Origin: an uncultured Candidatus Saccharibacteria bacterium
GTDB lineage: Bacteria; Patescibacteriota; Minisyncoccia; UBA6257; GWB1-50-10
Length of the DNA stretch: 24,220 nt
Assembly (NCBI GenBank): GCA_964621575.1
Contig: CAZUMB010000002.1
Span: 1-24,220 of the forward strand
Direction of reading: 5' to 3'
Position 1 is the stretch's first letter. Every line of letters begins with the position of its first letter. The notes beneath the pieces were generated by a model. That model was not told the origin of the DNA and searched no databases. It saw only the letters and a program-made list of their open reading frames with translations. The translations under genes and the position numbers were made by a program. Positions 7,390-14,838 of this stretch are shown here, piece after piece.

Positions 7390-7461
7390 CATCAAAAACC
7401 TTTTGTTTATGCGGATTGTTTAATTTCTGGACCCTAAGTTTTCAACAGTTTACCCCCACAC

Positions 7462-8679
7462 CTATTCATACCTTAATGCCTCAATAGGATTCAATCGCGA
7501 AGCTCGGCGAGCGGGATAATAACCGAAAACGATTCCTATTACAGCCGACACTCCGAAAGCGAGAAACACCGACCGCACTGAAATCTTCGTGGGAATATCC
7601 GCAAAATGAGAAACAAGCATCGCAATGACCCAGCCCAATCCAACGCCGATTATTCCCCCTAAAAGAGTGAGCATGACCGCCTCGGTGAGAAACTGAATCG
7701 AGATATCGCGACCCTTTGCGCCGACGGCCTTGCGAAGACCGATCTCGCGTGTCCGCTCGGTAACGGTCGTGAGCATCATATTCATAATACCAATGCCCCC
7801 GACAAGAAGTGAAATACCGGCTATCGCGGCAAGAAAAGCGGTGAAAGTGTCGGTAACCTCCGTGAGCGATTCGAGAATATCCTCTTGAGAAGTAATCGAA
7901 AAATCCGGCAACTCCGGCGAAATCCGGTGTCTCCCGATAAGCAGTGACGTCGATTCTTCTTTGACGAAATCCATCTGCTCTTTTTCCGAAACCGAAATCG
8001 CGATGCTCGAAAGGTAGTCGGCGCCGGCAAGAACCTTTTGCATGGAGGTGAGAGGAACAAAAACCATATTGTCGGAACTCTGAAAAGAAGAACCGCCCTT
8101 GGTTTCCAAAAGACCGATAACCTTAAAGTTGGTTTTGTTTATACGAATCGTTTTCCCCAGCGGATTGTCTTCCTTAAAAAGGTCCTGCGCCACAGTGAAA
8201 CCGAGCACCGCAACGCGGCCCAAGCTTCGAACCTGCTGGTCGGTGACGAACGAACCCTGTATAACGGAGATGTTGTGGACCGAAACATATTCGGCCGTGG
8301 CGCCGACAACGGTCGCGTTAGTGTTGTTTCCGGTCTGAGAAACGATCTGGAACCGCCCCTGATATTCCGGCGAAACGGAGGCAACGCCTGAAATACCGCG
8401 AAGCGCATTGGCATCATCTTCGGTCAGACTTTGCACCGAGCCGCGACCGAGAGAAACAAATCCCCTATTTCCTTGCGCCGCGCCCGGAGAAACAGTGAGT
8501 AAATTCGAGCCCAAGCTCGTAATGTTTGCTTCAATCGAGCCGGCCGTCCCCTCGCCGATGGAAACCATAGCGATGACGGAACCAATACCGATAACAATAC
8601 CAAGAACGGTGAGAGCCGACCTTACCTTGTTGGCAGTGAAAGCGGTATACGTTTCTTGTGCGATATCTTCCAATTTCAC
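7462..8679 (-). CDS. MacB/YknZ-type ABC transporter permease (MacB_PCD + FtsX domains)
   Basis: RSALTVLGIVIGIGSV, GGIGIMNMMLTTVTERTREIGLRKAVGA, YPARRASRLNPIEALRYE. GTG start. Confidence 0.95.
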   Translation of the reverse strand: MKLEDIAQETYTAFTANKVRSALTVLGIVIGIGSVIAMVSIGEGTAGSIEANITSLGSNLLTVSPGAAQGNRGFVSLGRGSVQSLTEDDANALRGISGVASVSPEYQGRFQIVSQTGNNTNATVVGATAEYVSVHNISVIQGSFVTDQQVRSLGRVAVLGFTVAQDLFKEDNPLGKTIRINKTNFKVIGLLETKGGSSFQSSDNMVFVPLTSMQKVLAGADYLSSIAISVSEKEQMDFVKEESTSLLIGRHRISPELPDFSITSQEDILESLTEVTDTFTAFLAAIAGISLLVGGIGIMNMMLTTVTERTREIGLRKAVGAKGRDISIQFLTEAVMLTLLGGIIGVGLGWVIAMLVSHFADIPTKISVRSVFLAFGVSAVIGIVFGYYPARRASRLNPIEALRYE

Positions 8680-8681
8680 AA

Positions 8682-9416
8682 CTACTGCAAATAATTTTTT
8701 ATAAGCCGGCTGTTTCTAACCGTGCTGTCGTCCATAATTTTTCCGTCGCGAACGTGAATGATGCGCTCGGCGTGCTCGGCGATATACAGCTCGTGGGTAA
8801 TGAGAATAATGGTCCGGCCTTGTTCCTGATGAAGCTTCTGAAACGCGCCGAGAACGATCTCGCCGGTTTCGGTATCGAGGTTCCCCGTTGGTTCATCGGC
8901 CAAAATAAGTTTTGGGTTGTTGACGAGAGCCCGGGCGATAGCAACTCTCTGCATCATCCCGCCCGAGAGCTCGTTGGAGCGATAATTCCAAAACTCTTGA
9001 GGAAAGGCGGAATCGCGCAACGCCCTAGTCGTTTCTTCTTCGCGTCTCTGCCCTGAAACACCGGCATAGATGAGGGGGAGCATTACGTTGCGCACAACGG
9101 TCGTCCGCGGCAAAAGATTAAAGGCCTGAAACACAAAACCGATTTTTTGGCTGCGAATGTCAGCCAACTCATCGTCGGAAAACCCGGAAACGTCGCGGCC
9201 ATCCAAAAAATACTTGCCGTCCGTCGGCGTATCGAGACAACCGATAATGTGCATCAGCGTCGATTTGCCCGACCCCGACGGCCCCATAATGGCCACGAAT
9301 TCCCCGTCCTCAATGGTAAAACTTACGCCTTTCAGCGCGGGAGTTTCTATTGTTTGGGCGGAGTTTTTCGAGGAAACCGTCCTGTAAACTTTCGTGATGT
9401 TTTCCGTCCGAATCAT
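8682..9416 (-). CDS. ABC transporter ATP-binding protein (LolD/MacB-type)
   Basis: Walker [11 protein letters not shown]-loop [15 protein letters not shown], Walker [16 protein letters not shown]. Confidence 0.96.
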   Translation of the reverse strand: MIRTENITKVYRTVSSKNSAQTIETPALKGVSFTIEDGEFVAIMGPSGSGKSTLMHIIGCLDTPTDGKYFLDGRDVSGFSDDELADIRSQKIGFVFQAFNLLPRTTVVRNVMLPLIYAGVSGQRREEETTRALRDSAFPQEFWNYRSNELSGGMMQRVAIARALVNNPKLILADEPTGNLDTETGEIVLGAFQKLHQEQGRTIILITHELYIAEHAERIIHVRDGKIMDDSTVRNSRLIKNYLQ

Positions 9417-11146
9417 CTCAAAATCCTGATTCCGCCTTCAAACGAAGGAAGGCCACCGCTACCATTTTGCCGGCTCACGGAGTTTGTTGTCTGTGAAACG
9501 CTTCCTTGTACCGTCCGGACCACGATGGCGTCTCCTTCGTTCAAGCCGGAAACGATTTCGATGAACTCATCGTTCGAAATGCCCGTTTCGACACTCTGAC
9601 TACGGGGCACCCCCGAAGCATTATCTCCGGCCAAAACTTCCACAAAAGACCTGTTGTTCTGAATCTTAACCGCCGAATTCGGAACTACGAGGATGTCAGC
9701 CTTGGTTTCGGTAATAATGTCCGCTGAAACGCTCATCGCCGGTTTTACTCTCTCGTCCTGCGCGTCAAAAACAATCTTGACGATATAAGTGACAACGCCT
9801 TGGGAAACCGTGCCGACCATATCGACTTCCGCAACCTCACCGGTAACAGTAAGGCCGGGAACGGCATCAAAAGTAAGGATGGCCTTCTCGCCGGCTTTCA
9901 CCTGAGCTACGTCGACTTCGTTTAAGGATATTCCGGCTACCTTGTTCTTGGTAATCAGCGTTCCCAACGTTGAAGCAGAAGAAACGGAATCGCCTCTTTT
10001 CACGCTCAAGCCCGTTATGACGCCGTCAAACGGCGCCCGGACGTAGTAATCGGCAAGTTTTTCTTTCGCATCCAGAAGCGAATTCTCACGCTGTTTGACG
10101 GAAAGTTCCTGCGATTGCAGATCGAAACCGGCCTTCACAAAAGCGTCCTTAGCGTTCTGAATCGATTGAATTACGGAAAACAGACTCAGGAGGTGATTAC
10201 TGGCTTGACCGGTGTAGGTATTCAAACCGGTGATGTGGGTGCCGGATAAAGATTGAGGCATAATATTGCGCTCGGTAAGTTTATCCCGATAAAATTGAAT
10301 CAAATCGGTGGCGCTCTTCACCGCCTCGGCAACGAGTTTGGTTGTATCGTAGGTTTTACCAATGAGCAATTCGATCGCGCTGGCTTCGGAAAACCTGGTT
10401 TCCGATTTGTAATTTTCGAAGTTGGCATCGTAAGCGGTCCGGGCAGTTTGATAAGCCTCATGGGCGCTATTGCGATAAAGCGACGCTTTCTCGTCATAGG
10501 TCGAGGCCGAACCGGAATAATAATCGATGTTGGACTGGCTGGTGTTGAAATCGCTGTCGAAAAGAACATCCGTAAGCCCCGACATTATCACGGGTAAATC
10601 AAGAAAAGTATTGGCGACAACGTTGAAACCGTCGTCGTAAGTCTTGGTTAAGTCGGACTCCATTTTCCCCTCGGAGTTTTCGAACTTGAATTTTTCGAGA
10701 GCGAGCTTGGCGCTTTCCAGGCTCATCTCGGCATCCCTCACGGTTTTCTGCGCCTCCCCGGCATCGATTTGAGCGATAAGCGAACCGGCTCTAACTTCCG
10801 CGCCATTTTCTGCCCCAACATAGACTATATCGCCGGAGACCTTTGGCGTTATATTCACTTCGTTCGAAGCCGAAACCTGACCGCTACCCGAAACCGACAC
10901 GGTAATCGTCCCTCTCTTCGCGGTTGAAAGAATATAACGAGAACCGCCGGAATCGTCCGCAAGAAACCCATAAACTTGATAGCCCGCGGCAACAACCGCA
11001 ATTGCAATTACTCCGCTTATGATTTTGTGCGCAACAATGAATTTTTTAACTTTGCGCAAAAATGGCTTAACGTCGCGCAACGCAAACTTTCCCCGCGTGG
11101 TGCGGGGAAAGTTTGCGTCCTCGTTTATTATCCTAAAACCGGCCAT
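9413..11146 (-). CDS. Membrane fusion protein / periplasmic adaptor (MacA/HlyD/YknX-type) with long helical region; start uncertain
   Basis: RGTITVSVSGSG, V..GAEVRAGSLIAQID, RAPFDGVI, VNEVDV-like NEVDVAQVKAG, VKPAMSVSADI, LVVPNSAV, GLNEGD. Candidate starts: ATG 11146, TTG 11080 or 11059. Confidence 0.88.
   Translation of the reverse strand: MAGFRIINEDANFPRTTRGKFALRDVKPFLRKVKKFIVAHKIISGVIAIAVVAAGYQVYGFLADDSGGSRYILSTAKRGTITVSVSGSGQVSASNEVNITPKVSGDIVYVGAENGAEVRAGSLIAQIDAGEAQKTVRDAEMSLESAKLALEKFKFENSEGKMESDLTKTYDDGFNVVANTFLDLPVIMSGLTDVLFDSDFNTSQSNIDYYSGSASTYDEKASLYRNSAHEAYQTARTAYDANFENYKSETRFSEASAIELLIGKTYDTTKLVAEAVKSATDLIQFYRDKLTERNIMPQSLSGTHITGLNTYTGQASNHLLSLFSVIQSIQNAKDAFVKAGFDLQSQELSVKQRENSLLDAKEKLADYYVRAPFDGVITGLSVKRGDSVSSASTLGTLITKNKVAGISLNEVDVAQVKAGEKAILTFDAVPGLTVTGEVAEVDMVGTVSQGVVTYIVKIVFDAQDERVKPAMSVSADIITETKADILVVPNSAVKIQNNRSFVEVLAGDNASGVPRSQSVETGISNDEFIEIVSGLNEGDAIVVRTVQGSVSQTTNSVSRQNGSGGLPSFEGGIRILR
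11080..11118. other. Perfect 17-bp inverted repeat
   Basis: acgcaaactttccccgc-gtggt-gcggggaaagtttgcgt. Confidence 0.9.
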
Positions 11147-11564
11147 GAAAACCCTTTCCAAAGCCGCACGGCCCAAGCGTGCGTGCCTCATTCATAAATT
11201 GCAGCCGCTCATCCGCTTGCGTTTGGGTAATAACGCCGCTATCAACCAAAATCTTCATATGCTCCTGCATCTGTGTTTTTCTCGCTTCTTCCGTTCTTGC
11301 CCGCAGTTCTTCGTCGGTAATACCTCTCTCGCCTGCAATATCTCTCAACGACTTTCCTTTCGCCCAGGCAGTTTTCATTTCATCCACGTTTATACCGAGC
11401 AAACCGGCTTGATACTGAAACACAGCCGCCTGCCGTTCGGCAATCTGCGCCGGTGAAGCACCGGCGGAACCGCCAAACCAGCCGTGGGCCGAAACAGTGC
11501 TCACGCCGACAAGACCGAGAAGCATCGCTGACAAGACAGTATAAAAGAATATTTTCTTCTTCAT
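11133..11564 (-). CDS. Secreted alpha-helical protein (signal peptide; resembles DUF2680/YckD-like proteins)
   Basis: MKKK plus hydrophobic stretch plus VSA|HG cleavage site; GKSLxDIAxERG and LVDSGVITQTQAD segments; Gly-rich ends. Confidence 0.7.
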   Translation of the reverse strand: MKKKIFFYTVLSAMLLGLVGVSTVSAHGWFGGSAGASPAQIAERQAAVFQYQAGLLGINVDEMKTAWAKGKSLRDIAGERGITDEELRARTEEARKTQMQEHMKILVDSGVITQTQADERLQFMNEARTLGPCGFGKGFHGRF

Positions 11565-11604
11565 AAGAATTTAATTGGATTTTAACTCTGCCGACCTTTG
11601 CTTA

Positions 11605-11635
11605 TTAATACAACCGGTCGACAACTTTTATTTCA
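11605..11635 (-). promoter_or_regulatory. Putative ECF-sigma promoter of the secreted-protein/ABC operon
   Basis: TGAAATA-N12-CGGTTGTA-TTAA; -35 overlaps the TGA stop of the upstream gene. Same motif at 12981-13010. Confidence 0.7.
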
Positions 11636-12403
11636 AAACTCAAACGAGCGAGGCTGTAAAGGAAGCGAATTCCGCGACGGACGCGGCCGGAAAGTAACAT
11701 TTTTATCTTCGATTTTCCGGATGCCAAATGCATCAATGACATTGCCTTTCATATCTCCGAACACCACAATATTGTCCCCGGAAACGAATTCGGCGCCAAA
11801 GGGAAAACGCGTGCGAGGAGATAATTTCACCGTGAAAGTTCTCCCGTTTACATCGGTCAACTGAAAACCCTCGGTAGTAGTGGCGACGAAAGTTCCCGGA
11901 TAAATGTCTTTGAAATCTCGCATGACATATCTTTCGTAGAGTGCTCCGCCAATCGGCAACCTTTTTTCTTCGGCCAGTCGGAAAAACTTTTCGTGAATAC
12001 CGACGCGCGACACGAAAAAGCCGCCGGCCAAGACAATCACTACTATGCCGATTAAAGAATAAAGAAGCGGCTTTCGATAAACAAACGAATATCTTCTTGC
12101 TAAAATTTCCAAAATTGCCACGAAAACGACACCTGAGATGATAATAACCCACGGAAGAGACGCGAAAAACCGGCCAATCCCGCGAGAGCCGAAAACCGTA
12201 ATGAACCAAACGCCGTTTTGCCGGAGAATGAAAAGAGAAAAACTTATAAGATAAAGCAACGCCAAAACGATAATCGTTATTCCCACAACGGCCAAAAGGG
12301 TTTTGAGAATAAAATGCCACCGCGGCCGCATGTGTACCTCGCCGCTTTTTATTTTCTCTATGATGTTTTCTCTTATTGTTTTTTCTTTCTTTTCTTTTTC
12401 CAT
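11633..12403 (-). CDS. Membrane protein, putative anti-sigma factor (about 3 TM helices plus C-terminal OB-fold/DUF5666-like region)
   Basis: Starts 2 nt after the ECF sigma stop; charged N-terminus, hydrophobic helices, beta-rich C-terminus (FTVKLSPRTRF...GDNIVVFG). Confidence 0.6.
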   Translation of the reverse strand: MEKEKKEKTIRENIIEKIKSGEVHMRPRWHFILKTLLAVVGITIIVLALLYLISFSLFILRQNGVWFITVFGSRGIGRFFASLPWVIIISGVVFVAILEILARRYSFVYRKPLLYSLIGIVVIVLAGGFFVSRVGIHEKFFRLAEEKRLPIGGALYERYVMRDFKDIYPGTFVATTTEGFQLTDVNGRTFTVKLSPRTRFPFGAEFVSGDNIVVFGDMKGNVIDAFGIRKIEDKNVTFRPRPSRNSLPLQPRSFEF

Positions 12404-12405
12404 AA

Positions 12406-12948
12406 TTAAGTCATGGATTTTTTTAGAATTTGCCGGCCCCGCATCAATCGGACGCCAACCGTCGAAACCGGTACCTTAAGCACCTCGGCAATTTCTTGAT
12501 AACTCATTCCTTCAAAGTAGTGCAATATAAGCGGTTCCCGATAACGAATATTTATTTTGTCGAGCGACCTATTTAGAACATCCTTTATTTCCTGCTTCAC
12601 TGCTTCGTTATCCGTGCCGCCTTCCGGCAGCGAATGCGGTAAAATACTATCAAAAGAAAAAAATAAAAAATGTTCCCGGTGCTTTTTCTTAATCACGTTG
12701 ATAAACTCGTTGTGAGCTATCCGATAAAGCCACGGGGAAAAGCTTCTTTTCACGTCAAAATCGCGGATATTCGCGTAAGCCTTTAAAAAAACGTCTTGGA
12801 CGGCGTCTTCCGCATCCACCCTGTTGAGAAAAAACTTATTGGCGTAACGCATCATTTTTGCCTCGTAACGCTTAACTAAAAGAGCGAAGGGTTCGGCGTC
12901 CCCTCTCTGAACCGCTGAAACAATCTTCTCGTCACTCCTGTCATCCAT
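12406..12948 (-). CDS. ECF-family RNA polymerase sigma factor
   Basis: 180 aa; region 2 DAEDAVQDVFLKAY and FSPWLYRIAHN; region 4 GMSYQEIAEVLKVPVSTVGVRLMRGR. Confidence 0.95.
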   Translation of the reverse strand: MDDRSDEKIVSAVQRGDAEPFALLVKRYEAKMMRYANKFFLNRVDAEDAVQDVFLKAYANIRDFDVKRSFSPWLYRIAHNEFINVIKKKHREHFLFFSFDSILPHSLPEGGTDNEAVKQEIKDVLNRSLDKINIRYREPLILHYFEGMSYQEIAEVLKVPVSTVGVRLMRGRQILKKSMT

Positions 12949-12980
12949 ACGTAACGTGGTAAACGCGCCTCCTCATATGC

Positions 12981-13010
12981 TTAGTACAACCGAAAGGCCG
13001 AATTATTTCA
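12981..13010 (-). promoter_or_regulatory. Putative ECF-sigma autoregulatory promoter
   Basis: TGAAATA-N11-CGGTTGTA-CTAA upstream of the sigma gene. Confidence 0.7.
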
Positions 13011-13015
13011 ATTGT

Positions 13016-13090
13016 TGGTGGGCTCAGGAGGATTCGAACCCCCGACTTCTTGCGTGTGATGCAAGCACTCTACCACTGAGTTATGAGCCC
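13016..13090 (-). tRNA. tRNA-Val (anticodon CAC), CCA encoded
   Basis: Acceptor GGGCTCA/TGAGCCC, D-arm ACTC/GAGT, anticodon arm CTTGC-ATCACAC-GCAAG, T-loop TTCGAAT, ends ACCA. Confidence 0.95.
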
Positions 13091-13109
13091 TTCCTATTAA
13101 GGTAAAACA

Positions 13110-13184
13110 AAAAAGGCGCTGTTTGCAATCCTCCGCCAGAAGCGGACAGGCCTCACTCCTTCGGACTGCTGACAGCACCTTTTT
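13110..13184 (-). other. Nested stem-loop in the tRNA-Val leader, containing a TCCGCC-N3-GGCGGA-type palindrome (13132-13146)
   Basis: Outer arms aaaaaggcgctgt / acagcaccttttt; inner pair gcaatcc / ggactgc. Confidence 0.6.
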
Positions 13185-13193
13185 GTAATGAAT

Positions 13194-13202
13194 ATTATAG
13201 CA
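13194..13202 (-). promoter_or_regulatory. Extended -10 promoter (TGcTATAAT) upstream of tRNA-Val
   Basis: Minus strand TGC TATAAT. Confidence 0.55.
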
Positions 13203-13315
13203 TATGAGAGCAGAAAATATAGGTGAGAGAGACCAAGAGTTAGATTGAACAAACTTGAATCCAGCAAGTCACAAAATCCATGGCCACGTCTCTCGAAACT
13301 ATTTTTTATGCTCGC

Positions 13316-13684
13316 TTATTGCAACTCAACCGTTGCGCCGGCTTCCTCCAATTTCTTTTTCAACTCTTCCGCTTCCTCTTTCTTCAGTCCCTCCTTTACC
13401 ACCTTCGGCGCTCCCTCAACCAAGTCCTTCGCTTCCTTCAAGCCGACACCGGCGGCTTCTTTCACTATTTTGATGACGTTTATTTTCAAGTCGCCGCTGG
13501 ATTTCAAGAGAACATTGAAAGAAGTTTTTTCTTCCTTGCTCCCTGAAGCATCGCCCGCAGCGGGCGCCGCCGCCATCGCCGCCGAAACTCCGAATTTCTC
13601 TTCGAGCGCCTTCACCAGTTCGGCCAGTTCAACAACCGTCAACTTTTCGATTTTTTCGATTATGTCGCTGAATTTATTTTCCAT
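13316..13684 (-). CDS. rplL: 50S ribosomal protein L7/L12
   Basis: Start re-called at ATG 13684 (MENKFSDII). [40 protein letters not shown]. Confidence 0.97.
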   Translation of the reverse strand: MENKFSDIIEKIEKLTVVELAELVKALEEKFGVSAAMAAAPAAGDASGSKEEKTSFNVLLKSSGDLKINVIKIVKEAAGVGLKEAKDLVEGAPKVVKEGLKKEEAEELKKKLEEAGATVELQ

Positions 13685-13712
13685 AAATTTACTAATTATC
13701 ACTAACACCTAA

Positions 13713-13748
13713 CGAATGAACACTAATACACCAATTAGTGCGCATTCG
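13713..13748. other. Intergenic hairpin between rplJ and rplL
   Basis: cgaatgaacactaat-acacca-attagtgcgcattcg; 13 Watson-Crick pairs of 15, the other two G-U on the minus-strand RNA. Confidence 0.7.
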
Positions 13749-13755
13749 TAGAAAT

Positions 13756-14244
13756 TCACGACCTTTTCGCCTTTTCGTTCAACGCCTGCATAAACATCTT
13801 CAAAGGAGCGGCAATCATACCAACCAACTGACCCAAAAGCACTTCCCTACCAGGCAGCCGGCCAAGTTTGACAATCTCCTCGCCCTCGATGAATTTTTTT
13901 CCGCCAATGTCGAAACCGCCGAGAAACTTGAAAGTATCCGTGCCTTCGACGCTTTTATAAATCAAAGAAGACGTTTCATAAACCTCCTGGGGCGAAAAAA
14001 CAACTCCGGCTTGGCCTTCGAAGTTCTTGGGCTCGAAGTCGATATTTTCTTTGCCGAAAACAAGCTTCAGAAGGCGCTTTTTGACGACCCGAAAAACTCC
14101 GCCCGCCCCCCGAGCCGCCCTTCTTAAATCGTTGAGGCGGCCGACCGGCGTACCGGTAAAGTCAAGAACGAGGACGGTTTTGCTGTTTTTTAAGTCGGCC
14201 GTCCCTCTCTCGATGTCCCTGATTTTCTGTTCCTTTGTCTTCAT
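13756..14244 (-). CDS. rplJ: 50S ribosomal protein L10
   Basis: DFTGTPV..LNDLRR, VVKKRLLK, LGRLPGREVLLGQLVGMIAAP; upstream of rplL. Confidence 0.93.
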   Translation of the reverse strand: MKTKEQKIRDIERGTADLKNSKTVLVLDFTGTPVGRLNDLRRAARGAGGVFRVVKKRLLKLVFGKENIDFEPKNFEGQAGVVFSPQEVYETSSLIYKSVEGTDTFKFLGGFDIGGKKFIEGEEIVKLGRLPGREVLLGQLVGMIAAPLKMFMQALNEKAKRS

Positions 14245-14250
14245 GAACCG

Positions 14251-14287
14251 CTGATTTATGCTGATTTTGACCGATTAATGCCGATAA
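14251..14287. repeat. Decamer tandem repeat (CYGATT...) in the rplJ 5' UTR
   Basis: ctgatttatg ctgattttga ccgattaatg ccgataa. Confidence 0.7.
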
Positions 14288-14305
14288 CTAAAAACGGCCT
14301 TCTGG

Positions 14306-14360
14306 CCGCAGACATTCGCGTGCTCCTCGGCAGGCCTTATTGAATGCCTACTGTCTGCGG
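14306..14360 (-). promoter_or_regulatory. L10 leader (rplJ autoregulatory RNA element)
   Basis: Minus strand ccgcAGACAGTAGG-cattcaataagg-CCTGCCGAGG...tgtctgcgg matches the AGAC.GUAGG...CCU.CCGAG core of the L10 leader as recalled, with a 9-bp closing stem. Confidence 0.8.
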
Positions 14361-14369
14361 ATTAACTCC

Positions 14370-14397
14370 ATAATACTACCGCCAATGTAAATGTCAA
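14370..14397 (-). promoter_or_regulatory. sigma70 promoter of rplJ-rplL
   Basis: TTGACA (14397-14392), 16 nt, TATTAT (14375-14370), directly before the L10 leader. Confidence 0.7.
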
Positions 14398-14427
14398 GGG
14401 GCGTTCCGACCGTGGCCGGAACGCCCC
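14398..14427 (-). terminator. GC-rich hairpin downstream of the orphan ORF, probable terminator
   Basis: ggggcgttccg-accgtggc-cggaacgcccc (perfect 11-bp stem); only a weak U-tract follows. Confidence 0.5.
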
Positions 14428-14451
14428 TCCTTTGCGGGTGCGGAACCGCCG

Positions 14452-14838
14452 CTAGTGGGCGGCCGCCTTGATGAGGCGATTGACTTCCTCGAGGTCCTCC
14501 TTTTTGTCCCGGACGGTGAAATCCGTGACTTCGAGGACCTGAACAGTTCCACCCGCGTGCAGGTAGAACTTCAGGCCGCTTCCCGTCACGATGCGACCCG
14601 GCAGCGGCTTCAGGTTCGGGAAGGTGGCGAGGGTTGCGCACCACGGCCGCTCGTTTCGTAGACCGACCTTCCCCTCCACGACGACCTCTCCATCCTCGGG
14701 AGAAGTGACCACCACCTTGTAGGTGGGGTTATCGTTGCCTGTGAAGAGATCGATGACGGTTCCCGGTTCGAGCTCCGCGATAGCGACGCTGTCAGTTTCT
14801 ACCGTCAGCGTCCCGAGTGTCACGGCTTGCTTGTCCAT
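14452..14838 (-). CDS. Hypothetical protein, 128 aa, beta-rich, no family recognised
   Basis: ATG preceded by a strong SD (AGGAGGT, 14844-14850) and a TTGACA at 14906-14911. About 58-68% GC in sampled lines. Confidence 0.75.
   Translation of the reverse strand: MDKQAVTLGTLTVETDSVAIAELEPGTVIDLFTGNDNPTYKVVVTSPEDGEVVVEGKVGLRNERPWCATLATFPNLKPLPGRIVTGSGLKFYLHAGGTVQVLEVTDFTVRDKKEDLEEVNRLIKAAAH

Noticed and set aside
11448-11466. 8-bp hairpin cgccggtg-aag-caccggcg in the secreted-protein gene
   Set aside because: Short and explicable by Gly/Ala/Pro codons; does not match the TCCGCC...GGCGGA unit on both arms.
11733-12320. 195-aa same-strand alternative-frame ORF within the putative anti-sigma gene
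   Set aside because: Arg/Ser-rich with no start signals or motifs; typical off-frame product.
7462-13016. ECF/ABC module as an island integrated at tRNA-Val
   Set aside because: No integrase, no duplicated tRNA 3' end near 7400-7460, and composition similar to core genes.
13140-13175. Resemblance of UCC-GAA-GGA to the SRP RNA domain IV hairpin
   Set aside because: The loop is 3 nt rather than GNRA, and the conserved CAGG/AGCA internal loop is missing.
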